A stretch of DNA of 32,000 nt from Edaphobacter aggregans (GTDB taxonomy: Bacteria > Acidobacteriota > Terriglobia > Terriglobales > Acidobacteriaceae). The notes beneath the pieces were generated by a model. It searched no databases, was not told where the DNA came from, and saw nothing but the letters and a program-made list of their open reading frames with translations. This document shows, in pieces, positions 9,378 to 16,700 of the stretch; the first letter of the stretch is position 1; every line of letters begins with the position of its first letter. The translations under genes and the position numbers were made by a program. The stretch is taken from positions 1,500,001 to 1,532,000 of the forward strand of contig NZ_RSDW01000001.1 in assembly GCF_003945235.1 (NCBI RefSeq), written 5' to 3'.

Positions 9378-9788
9378 TCACGGCGTGCGCACACCTTGAA
9401 ATGACCCCGTACCTCCACGATCATGGAACGTTCCGTTGAACGTAGTGCCCTGCACAACTCCATCAACTCTCGCCCCATCCACTCTTCCACGAAAAACCAG
9501 CACGTTCCTCGTCTTGGTCCGAACCACCAGATGTTGCACGTCGATCGTACCCTCCACTCCTCCGGATTGGTTCGGTCCCTTGAAGTGCCCCCCTTTGATG
9601 TTCGTACCTTCCTGTTGCAGATCGAGATACTTCGTCGACGTAGTTCCGTTCGGATCCTTGCAGTACAACGTCCATTTTCCATTAACATTTGCAGGAGGCT
9701 GCGGCGACGGCGGCTGCTGCGGGAACACAACCCCACAGAAGACGACTAATAGCGACAAACACACAAGACGATAGCTTTGCTTTTTCAT
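9378..9788 (-). CDS. small secreted protein of unknown function
   Basis: 136 aa. Clear signal peptide MKKQSYRLVCLSLLVVFCGVVF, a proline-rich linker, then beta-rich G/T/V sequence. Ends 19 nt upstream of the beta-lactamase-fold gene on the same strand. Confidence 0.6.
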   Translation of the reverse strand: MKKQSYRLVCLSLLVVFCGVVFPQQPPSPQPPANVNGKWTLYCKDPNGTTSTKYLDLQQEGTNIKGGHFKGPNQSGGVEGTIDVQHLVVRTKTRNVLVFRGRVDGARVDGVVQGTTFNGTFHDRGGTGSFQGVRTP

Positions 9789-9952
9789 CTCAGCGTCCTT
9801 TTACCGGTATGCTCTTCGTACGATGCTAAATCTCGATCACTACGGTGCCATCATGCACAAAAAGAAATCTTTCTGCGCACTCTGAGTCCATATAAATCCG
9901 AAGAGAATCTCACGCACCTAAGCTAAGGCCTAAGTAAAATTCCACCCAAACC

Positions 9953-11221
9953 ATGCCCATCCAAATCGACTCAACCCGTCTCCAGCAAGAGCTCCAAACC
10001 CTCGCTACCATCACCTCCATCGAGCAGCCCGCCGAAGGCACCGCCGTAACCCGCATCGTCTTCTCCCCCGACGACCTCCGCGCCCGCGCGTGGCTCAAAG
10101 CCCTCGCCACCGCCGAAGGCTTCCTCATCCGCGAAGACGCCGTAGGCAACACCTTCATCCGCTGGCCCGGCACCGACCCCACCCTCCCCGCCGTAGCCAC
10201 CGGCTCCCACACTGACGCCATCCCCCATGCCGGCATGTACGACGGCACCGTCGGCGTCCTCGGCGGTCTCGAAGCTCTCCGCGCCCTCAAACGCAGTGGC
10301 CTCCAACCCCGCCGCTCCATCGAACTCGTCATGTTCACCTCGGAAGAGCCCACCCGCTTCGGCATCGGCTGCATCGGCTCCCGTCTTCTCTCCGGCACTC
10401 TCGACCCCACCCGCGCCGACACCCTCCGCGAAGCCAACGAACCCGCCGACACCGCCCAAACCCTCGCAGCAATCCGCGAAGCCGCATGCTTCCAAGGCAC
10501 ACTCGCCTCCACCGTCCTCCCGCCCAACCACTACCACGCCTGGATCGAGCTCCACATCGAGCAAGGCCCCCTCCTCGAGCGCGAACAGATCCCCATAGGC
10601 ATCGTCACCAGCATCGCCGCCCCGGCCAGCTATCGCTTCACCATCACCGGCCTCGGCGGCCACGCCGGAGCCCTCCTCATGCCCGACCGCCGCGATGCCC
10701 TCTGCGCCGCCGCCGAACTCATCCTCTCCATCGAACGCCACACCCTCGCCACCGGCGCAATCGACACCGTAGCCACCGTAGGCACCTGCGACGTCCACCC
10801 CGGAGCCGTCAACTCCGTCCCCTCCCGAGTCACCCTCCAACTCGACATCCGCGACACCGACCCCACCCGCCGCGAGTCCGTCATGCAAGCCGTCCGCCGC
10901 GACATCGAAGACCTCCGCCAGCGCCGCAAGATCACCATCACCGAAGAACTCATCAACGCCGACGCCCCCGCCCAATCCTCCCCCCACATCATCGAAACCC
11001 TCGAACAAGTCTGCACCGAAGAATCCATCCCGTACAAAAAAATGGTTAGCCGCGCCTACCACGACTCCCTTTTCATGGCCCGCATCGCACCCATCGCCAT
11101 GCTCTTCATCCCATGCCGCAACGGCGTCTCCCACCGCCCCGACGAGTACGCCGCCCCCGCCGACATCGCCCGCGGCACCCACGTCCTCGCCGCCGCACTT
11201 GCTAAGCTAGCATCTGAGTAG
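9953..11221 (+). CDS. second M20 amidohydrolase, ureidoglycolate-amidohydrolase-like paralogue of allC
   Basis: 422 aa. GSHTDAIPHAGMYDGTVGV, FTSEEPTRFGIGCIGSRLLSG, ELHIEQGPLLE. Carries SRAYHDSLFMARIAP and FIPCRNGVSHRPDEY where AllC has SGAGHDAM. From memory, these variants match plant UAH rather than AAH. The family call is firm; the substrate call is tentative. Confidence 0.75.
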   Translation: MPIQIDSTRLQQELQTLATITSIEQPAEGTAVTRIVFSPDDLRARAWLKALATAEGFLIREDAVGNTFIRWPGTDPTLPAVATGSHTDAIPHAGMYDGTVGVLGGLEALRALKRSGLQPRRSIELVMFTSEEPTRFGIGCIGSRLLSGTLDPTRADTLREANEPADTAQTLAAIREAACFQGTLASTVLPPNHYHAWIELHIEQGPLLEREQIPIGIVTSIAAPASYRFTITGLGGHAGALLMPDRRDALCAAAELILSIERHTLATGAIDTVATVGTCDVHPGAVNSVPSRVTLQLDIRDTDPTRRESVMQAVRRDIEDLRQRRKITITEELINADAPAQSSPHIIETLEQVCTEESIPYKKMVSRAYHDSLFMARIAPIAMLFIPCRNGVSHRPDEYAAPADIARGTHVLAAALAKLASE

Positions 11222-11239
11222 TTGGGTCCCTCATCAAGC

Positions 11240-12625
11240 ATGGCCATCGAATCCATCAATCCCGCCACCGGCAAACTCATCCGCAGCTTCGACGCCCTCA
11301 CCCCCGAAGCCATCCGCGAAAAGATCGCCCTCGCCGCCGAAGCGTTCCGCACCTACCCCGCCGTCCCGCTCGACCACCGTGCCCTCTGCATGCGCAAGCT
11401 CGCCGCCATCCTTGAGCAAGAGACCGACGACCTCGCCGCCATCATCACCTTCGAGATGGGCAAGCCCCTCCACGCCGCGCGACAAGAAGTCCTCAAGTGC
11501 GCCACCGCCTGCCGCTACTACGCCGACAACGCCGCCCGCATCCTCGCCCCCGAATCCATCCCCACCGAAAACCACTCCTACGTCCGCTGGGACCCCCTCG
11601 GCATCATCCTCGCCGTTATGCCCTGGAACTTCCCCTTCTGGCAGGTCTTCCGCTTCCTAGCGCCCGCACTCATGGCCGGCAATACCGCGCTCCTCAAGCA
11701 CGCCTCCAACGTCCCCCAGTGCGCCCTCGCCATCGAGTCCCTCGTCCGCCGCGCCGGCTTCCCCCGCGGCACCTTCCAGACCCTCCTCATCGAAGCCCGC
11801 CAGGTCGAATCCGTCCTAGCCGATGAGCGCATCGCTGCTGTCACCGTTACTGGCAGCGAACCCGCAGGCCGAGCCGTCGCCGCGCAAGCCGGATGGCTCA
11901 TCAAAAAATCCGTCCTCGAACTAGGCGGCAGCGACCCCTTCATCGTCATGCCCTCCGCCGACCTCGACCTAGCCGTCGAAACCGCCGTCAAAGCCCGCTG
12001 CGTCAACTCCGGCCAATCCTGCATCGCCGCCAAGCGCTTCCTCGTCCACGACTCCATCTACGAGACCTTCGAATCCCGCTTCGTCGCCGGCATGGAAGCC
12101 ATCCGCGTAGGCGACCCCACCAAGGACACCACCGACATCGGCCCCCTCGCCACCGCAAAGATCGTCGAAGAGCTCGAAGCCCAGGTCAAAGCCGCCACCC
12201 GCGCCGGAGCCCGCATCCTCACCGGCGGCGAACGCATGCTAGGCGACGGCAACTACTTCGAGCCCACCGTCCTCACCAACATCCCCCGCACCTCGCCTGT
12301 CTACCGCGAAGAGCTCTTCGGCCCCGTAGCCATGCTCTTCCGCGTGCAAAGCCTCGACGAAGCCATCGCCATCGCCAACGACACCCCCTTCGGCCTAAGC
12401 GCCTCCGCCTGGACCCGCGACCCTGCCGAGCAGCAGCGCCTAGTCTCCGAACTCCAATGCGGAGCCGTCTTCCTCAACGCGATGGTAGCCAGCGATCCCC
12501 GCCTCCCCTTCGGAGGCATCAAGCACTCCGGCTACGGCCGCGAACTCTCCGCCGCCGGCATGCGCGAATTCCTAAACGCCAAAACGATCGTCATCGCCAC
12601 TCCCCAATCCAACGACTCTCACTAA
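11240..12625 (+). CDS. NAD(P)-dependent aldehyde dehydrogenase (succinate-semialdehyde-dehydrogenase-like)
   Basis: 461 aa from ATG 11240 (the track ORF starts at TTG 11222). PWNFPFWQV, catalytic LELGGSDP and SGQSCIAAKR, EELFGPV, and C-terminal PFGGIK.SGYGRE. Confidence 0.9.
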   Translation: MAIESINPATGKLIRSFDALTPEAIREKIALAAEAFRTYPAVPLDHRALCMRKLAAILEQETDDLAAIITFEMGKPLHAARQEVLKCATACRYYADNAARILAPESIPTENHSYVRWDPLGIILAVMPWNFPFWQVFRFLAPALMAGNTALLKHASNVPQCALAIESLVRRAGFPRGTFQTLLIEARQVESVLADERIAAVTVTGSEPAGRAVAAQAGWLIKKSVLELGGSDPFIVMPSADLDLAVETAVKARCVNSGQSCIAAKRFLVHDSIYETFESRFVAGMEAIRVGDPTKDTTDIGPLATAKIVEELEAQVKAATRAGARILTGGERMLGDGNYFEPTVLTNIPRTSPVYREELFGPVAMLFRVQSLDEAIAIANDTPFGLSASAWTRDPAEQQRLVSELQCGAVFLNAMVASDPRLPFGGIKHSGYGRELSAAGMREFLNAKTIVIATPQSNDSH

Positions 12626-12776
12626 AAATTACTCAACATTTTCTCGAATCACGTAGCATCCGACGGAGGATCTTCCTTTTCCTGAAAATAGGGTATGCTT
12701 TCGATGATTCGTTCATCATCCCGTAGATCGTAGGTCGACCCACTGCTGAGCAGCAGAGGAAGGGGGTATTGGTCTA

Positions 12777-13940
12777 GTGCCGGAAAGCCCTCAAGATCAA
12801 ACAAATGAACCTGTCTCGTCTGCGGATCTCTCCGCGAACAAATTACGTGCAGAGATACGCAACCTGGATGCTTCGACCAAAAAGATCAAATGGGAAGCAG
12901 CCAACGCAAAAGCGCAAAACAATGAGGTCAAGAGGAAACGCTCTTTTTACGAACGTATTCTCTCAACGACACAGGCAACGATTGTTTTGGCACTTATCAC
13001 TCTGATGTTCCAAATTGTTCAGTTCGGCTATACAGCTCGTCAGGGGCGATTAGCCGATGAGAGTAAACAATGGAAAGATGCGGTGAAAGAAGTCAGTTTC
13101 GACGGTGATTCCAAGGCCGTTGGTGGAGCTATGGTTCTCGAAACTTTCTTTAGCTCTGATTTACATAGCGGGGAGGCAAAAACACTGGTAGCTGTCACAT
13201 TGCCTTTCATTAAGGACGTAAATGCCTTCGACCACTTGTTTGAACAGCTGAGACGTCGTGACGGATGGGCTGACCCTTGTTGCCTGATTTATTCGGTAGC
13301 ACAGTCGATTTCACTAAGTCATCGCGAGTTAGCCAAATCCATTTACAAAGACGCAAAGCTCCCTATCCCATCGCAAGGACTCTTCCGCATAAACTTATCC
13401 AGCGAAATAGAGAAACTAACGCCTGAGGCAAGTTTGAAGATCGAAGAAGCCCGCCGGCGGGAATGGCAGATTGATACAGTTACCCAGGGCCTACTAGACT
13501 TTTGGAGGGAAAATGGCACTCGTCCACCACAGGCAGACTCAGCAGACCCACCCTATTCAGCTGACCTCCGAACGTTGATCTTGCGACTGGACGAAGATGC
13601 GGTTGTAAATCTAAGCGGAAAGAATTTTACTCATGTCTATTTCAAAGGAGCGTATCTCCATAACGTCAACTTTTCGGATAGCGACCTCAGCGGAGGGAAC
13701 TTATCAGATGTTGATATGGGCTCCGCACAGCTTCGCGGCACGCGCCTCGACGGAGTCGTAGTGCATGGCGCCGACTTTGACAACGTGACCGACGTGGAAG
13801 GCAGTTCTTGGAAAGGGGTACGTTGGTGGGAAGCAGCGCGGCTTTCGAATAAGCTATGCCAATGGTTTCCGGAACACGGCGAAAAGCCGGAATCGCCAGA
13901 TCAGTATTTGAGATTATGCGGAAGTCCTACGGGACATTGA
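12777..13940 (+). CDS. membrane-anchored pentapeptide-repeat protein, orphan
   Basis: 387 aa. Charged coiled-coil-like N-terminus, one TM helix (ATIVLALITLMFQIVQFGY), a central region of about 200 aa with no motif I recognise, and C-terminal pentapeptide repeats (NFTHVYFKGAYLHNVNFSDSDLSGGNLSDVDMGSAQLRGTRLDGVVVHGADFDNV). GTG start with GGAAGGGGG upstream. Codon usage is balanced, unlike the flanking genes. Confidence 0.65.
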   Translation: MPESPQDQTNEPVSSADLSANKLRAEIRNLDASTKKIKWEAANAKAQNNEVKRKRSFYERILSTTQATIVLALITLMFQIVQFGYTARQGRLADESKQWKDAVKEVSFDGDSKAVGGAMVLETFFSSDLHSGEAKTLVAVTLPFIKDVNAFDHLFEQLRRRDGWADPCCLIYSVAQSISLSHRELAKSIYKDAKLPIPSQGLFRINLSSEIEKLTPEASLKIEEARRREWQIDTVTQGLLDFWRENGTRPPQADSADPPYSADLRTLILRLDEDAVVNLSGKNFTHVYFKGAYLHNVNFSDSDLSGGNLSDVDMGSAQLRGTRLDGVVVHGADFDNVTDVEGSSWKGVRWWEAARLSNKLCQWFPEHGEKPESPDQYLRLCGSPTGH

Positions 13941-13967
13941 ATTCGTGCCCTTAGGGGAGAACCAGAT

Positions 13968-14068
13968 GGTGGGTGGGCCACATATCAGCCCAACACTTTG
14001 GGTACCTCACTCATCGCAGGTTCATCGCGATGAGTGGGACATTCGTGCAAAGCGCGAACCGCTTCTTC
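13968..14068. repeat. REP-like hairpin repeat, copy A
   Basis: Contains the inverted repeat CCTCACTCATCGC (14005-14017) / GCGATGAGTGGG (14027-14038). The core CATCGCGATGAGTGGGACATTCGTGCAAAGCGCGAACCGCTTCTTC recurs in degenerate form at 14763-14831. Confidence 0.7.
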
Positions 14069-14101
14069 TCAACAATCCAACAAATCTCATCTCGCAATTT
14101 T

Positions 14102-14572
14102 CTAACTAGAAAACCGCCGAAGACTAAACGAGATCGGCAATCCTATAAGAATCATGTGCACCAGCAGTCCTTGAATTAACGTCGATACCTTAAACGGACC
14201 CACGGGAAAAGGAAACGCCGAGAGCGGCAGGACAATGAGATTCATCACCAGGTAGACAGCAATCCCATAAAACAACCCACATACCAGCCAGTTGTCCCTC
14301 AGAAACCTGAGCCTCAAACTAGCCAGGCAGTAGATAGCCGCCGCCGAAATCGCGATGAAGAACTGAAGCACCAGACCCAGCGTCCACGTGCCCATCCCTC
14401 CCTGAAACGCAGCCTTCCCAAGCAACCCGCTGGCAACCCCACGCGAAACACCCCAGCCAAAGGTGTGAACTGCCATTAGGTGATCAAAGAGTCCGGCGGC
14501 AAAGCCGCCAATGAGGATCGGAGTGAGCAACTTCGGTCTTTGAAGCACTGCAGTAGAAGTAACGGTGTTCAA
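14102..14572 (-). CDS. integral membrane protein (about 4 TM), unknown function
   Basis: 156 aa with four hydrophobic segments. TTG start with a well-spaced AAGGAG (AAGGAGAATACCTTG on the minus strand). Confidence 0.6.
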   Translation of the reverse strand: MNTVTSTAVLQRPKLLTPILIGGFAAGLFDHLMAVHTFGWGVSRGVASGLLGKAAFQGGMGTWTLGLVLQFFIAISAAAIYCLASLRLRFLRDNWLVCGLFYGIAVYLVMNLIVLPLSAFPFPVGPFKVSTLIQGLLVHMILIGLPISFSLRRFSS

Positions 14573-14602
14573 GGTATTCTCCTTCGATAAAAATCATCTA
14601 TT

Positions 14603-14622
14603 CAATCGATTTAGCTCGATTG
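14603..14622. promoter_or_regulatory. perfect 7-6-7 palindrome CAATCGA-tttagc-TCGATTG upstream of the 4-TM gene
   Basis: Read directly from the sequence. Lies 31-50 nt upstream of the TTG start at 14572 on the minus strand, which makes it a candidate operator. Confidence 0.35.
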
Positions 14623-14762
14623 GCCAAAAGTATAGACCGCCCATAACGTCGAACCTGAATCTTCCGTCACAAATAAGCGCCCAATCTTCACCACATCCCC
14701 ACACCACCGAACACACGATACCCAGATCAACCCGGCTTCTCATCATTTCGCACATCGGAAAC

Positions 14763-14875
14763 GGCTGGGTGCCCCATTCATGCCTCATCGCATGAGTGAG
14801 CCATTCGCGTGATGCGCGAACCGCTTTCTTCCCTCCCACCGTGAGTGCCCCATCCTGATCGCGCCTGATCGCGCG
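14763..14875. repeat. REP-like repeat, copy B, plus a 10-nt tandem duplication
   Basis: GGCTGGGTGCCCCATTCATGCCTCATCGCATGAGTGAGCCATTCGCGTGATGCGCGAACCGCTTTCTTC aligns with copy A. It is followed by GTGAGTGCCCCATCC and CCTGATCGCG x2 (14854-14873). Confidence 0.65.
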
Positions 14876-15056
14876 AAGGTTGGGGTTATTCACTCGGAAG
14901 CGAACCATTGTTTCTCTTCAGCGAACCCCACGATCCAGCCACTGCTACCAAAAACCTGTCAAGCCCATCTTCCCCAAAACTCATCTAAAATCATTGAGAT
15001 ACGCCTGCCGATCAATTCCACTCCATTTGCTAATCTAGAGCTAAGAGACAAAAAGA

Positions 15057-15094
15057 GACGGGCCTCGGACAAAGAACCGAGGCCTGCCTTTTTA
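15057..15094 (+). terminator. orphan intrinsic-terminator-like hairpin
   Basis: Perfect 8-bp GC-rich stem GGCCTCGG (15061-15068) / CCGAGGCC (15077-15084), 8-nt loop, then tgccTTTTT. A T-run also follows on the other strand (CTCTTTTT). No ORF of 60 aa or more ends here on either strand. Confidence 0.55.
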
Positions 15095-15346
15095 CCTCAA
15101 CCAACACCCGCAACTCGCTTAGATGGAATACCTTACGAACCAAGATCCAATAAATTCAATACCTTGCAAGGGAGGTCCAGACCTAACTCATGAAAAATGA
15201 ATACTTTGAATCAAAAGTAAGGGGAGGGGGTACTAGCCGAGACACGGTACCCTCGCAGGAAAAAGGACAGCAATAGCAGGAATGCTCTAAGCTACGGTGT
15301 CCCGGGAACGACTCACGGGGAAGCATCAAAGCCAAAAGAGGATCCC

Positions 15347-16639
15347 ATGCCTGATCACTACTCCACCGGCTTCGGCAACGAGTTCGCCACCGAGGCCATC
15401 CCCGACGCACTCCCCGTCGGCCAGAACGCCCCTCAGAAGTCCCCACTCGGCCTCTACACCGAGCAGCTAAGCGGCACCCCCTTCACCGCCCCACGACATC
15501 TCAACCGGCGCACCTGGACCTACCGCATCCGCCCCTCCGTGATGCACAAACCCTACGAACGCATCCCCAACGGCCTCATCCGCTCCACCCCCTTCAACGA
15601 AATCGAGACGCCACCTAACCAACTCCGCTGGGACCCCATCCCCCTCCCCACCAAACCCACCGATTTCATCGACGGTCTCGTCACTCTCGCCGGCAACGGC
15701 GACTCCACCCTACACACCGGCGCAGCCATCCACCTCTACGTCGCCAACCAAAGCATGACCGACCGTTTCTTCTACACGGCAGACGGCGAACTACTCTTCG
15801 TCCCCCAGTTAGGCTGCCTCCTCCTCCACACCGAACTCGGCATCATCGACTTGGCGCCCGGCGAGATCGCTCTCATCCCCCGGGGCATCAAGTTCCGCAT
15901 CGAACTCCTCGACAAGCAGGCCCGCGGCTACCTCCTGGAGAACTACGGACAGCCATTCCGCCTTCCAGACCTCGGTCCCATCGGCGCCAACGGCCTCGCC
16001 AACACCCGCGACTTCCTCACCCCGTACGCCTCCTTCGAAGACCGCGACCGCGGCACCTTCCAGGTCGTCGCCAAGTTCCTCGGCAACCTCTGGGCCACCG
16101 ACTTCGACCACTCCCCCCTCGACGTCGTCGCCTGGCACGGCAACTACGCGCCTTGCAAATATGACCTCGCCCGCTTCAACTGCATCAACTCTGTCAGCTT
16201 CGACCACCCCGACCCATCCATCTACACCGTCCTCACCTCACCGAGCGAGATCCCCGGCACCGCCAACGTCGACTTCGCCATCTTCCCCCCACGCTGGATC
16301 GTCGCCGAACACACCTTCCGTCCCCCTTGGTTCCACCGCAACTTCATGAACGAATTCATGGGCCTCATCCAGGGCGAGTACGACGCCAAAGCCGAAGGCT
16401 TCGTCCCCGGAGGAGCCAGCCTTCACAACTGCATGTCCGGCCACGGCCCCGACGCCGAAACCTTCGAACGCGCCAGCACCGCCGACCTCAAACCCGTCAA
16501 ACTCGAAGGCACCCTCGCCTTCATGTTCGAAACCCGCTTCGCCTGCCGCCCCACAAAATTTGCCATGGACACCGCAGCCCTGCAGCACGAGTACTACACC
16601 TGCTGGCAAACCCTAAAGAAAAACTTTCACCCTGAATAA
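15347..16639 (+). CDS. hmgA: homogentisate 1,2-dioxygenase
   Basis: 430 aa. [36 protein letters not shown]-terminus, and later [15 protein letters not shown] and HN.MS.HGPD motifs characteristic of HGD. AGAGGA SD. Confidence 0.95.
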   Translation: MPDHYSTGFGNEFATEAIPDALPVGQNAPQKSPLGLYTEQLSGTPFTAPRHLNRRTWTYRIRPSVMHKPYERIPNGLIRSTPFNEIETPPNQLRWDPIPLPTKPTDFIDGLVTLAGNGDSTLHTGAAIHLYVANQSMTDRFFYTADGELLFVPQLGCLLLHTELGIIDLAPGEIALIPRGIKFRIELLDKQARGYLLENYGQPFRLPDLGPIGANGLANTRDFLTPYASFEDRDRGTFQVVAKFLGNLWATDFDHSPLDVVAWHGNYAPCKYDLARFNCINSVSFDHPDPSIYTVLTSPSEIPGTANVDFAIFPPRWIVAEHTFRPPWFHRNFMNEFMGLIQGEYDAKAEGFVPGGASLHNCMSGHGPDAETFERASTADLKPVKLEGTLAFMFETRFACRPTKFAMDTAALQHEYYTCWQTLKKNFHPE

Positions 16640-16644
16640 AGAAA

Positions 16645-16685
16645 AAGGGCGCGGCCAAGTCCATCAGCCGTGCCCTTTCTTTTTG
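16645..16685. terminator. bidirectional intrinsic terminator between convergent hmgA and the TonB-dependent receptor gene
   Basis: 11-bp stem AAGGGCGCGGC (16645-16655) / GCCGTGCCCTT (16667-16677) with one G-U pair, flanked by A-run and T-run (gaaaaa...tcttttt). Confidence 0.7.
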
Positions 16686-16700
16686 TGAAGTATTTATAAA

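Noticed and set aside
9971-11182. 403-aa minus-strand ORF antisense to the second M20 amidohydrolase
   Set aside because: G/D/V/A/E-rich shadow ORF typical of the antisense of a C3-rich gene. The + strand product has clear family motifs.
13973-14179. 68-aa + strand ORF
   Set aside because: Spans repeat copy A and runs antisense into the 3' end of the 4-TM gene. No coding signal.
14594-14908. 104-aa minus-strand ORF
   Set aside because: Built largely from the REP-like repeat (..REWLTHAMRHEWGTQPF..). W/C/R/M-rich composition, no SD, no motifs. Treated as non-coding repeat DNA.
12626-15346. Low-GC island as a classical mobile element or prophage remnant
   Set aside because: No integrase, transposase, tRNA target or long terminal inverted repeats are visible. 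Only composition and short REP-like repeats support foreign origin, so it is reported as an island and not called a mobile element.
15183-15446. 87-aa minus-strand ORF overlapping the hmgA start
   Set aside because: Antisense to the confidently assigned hmgA 5' end. R/S/W-rich with no motifs.
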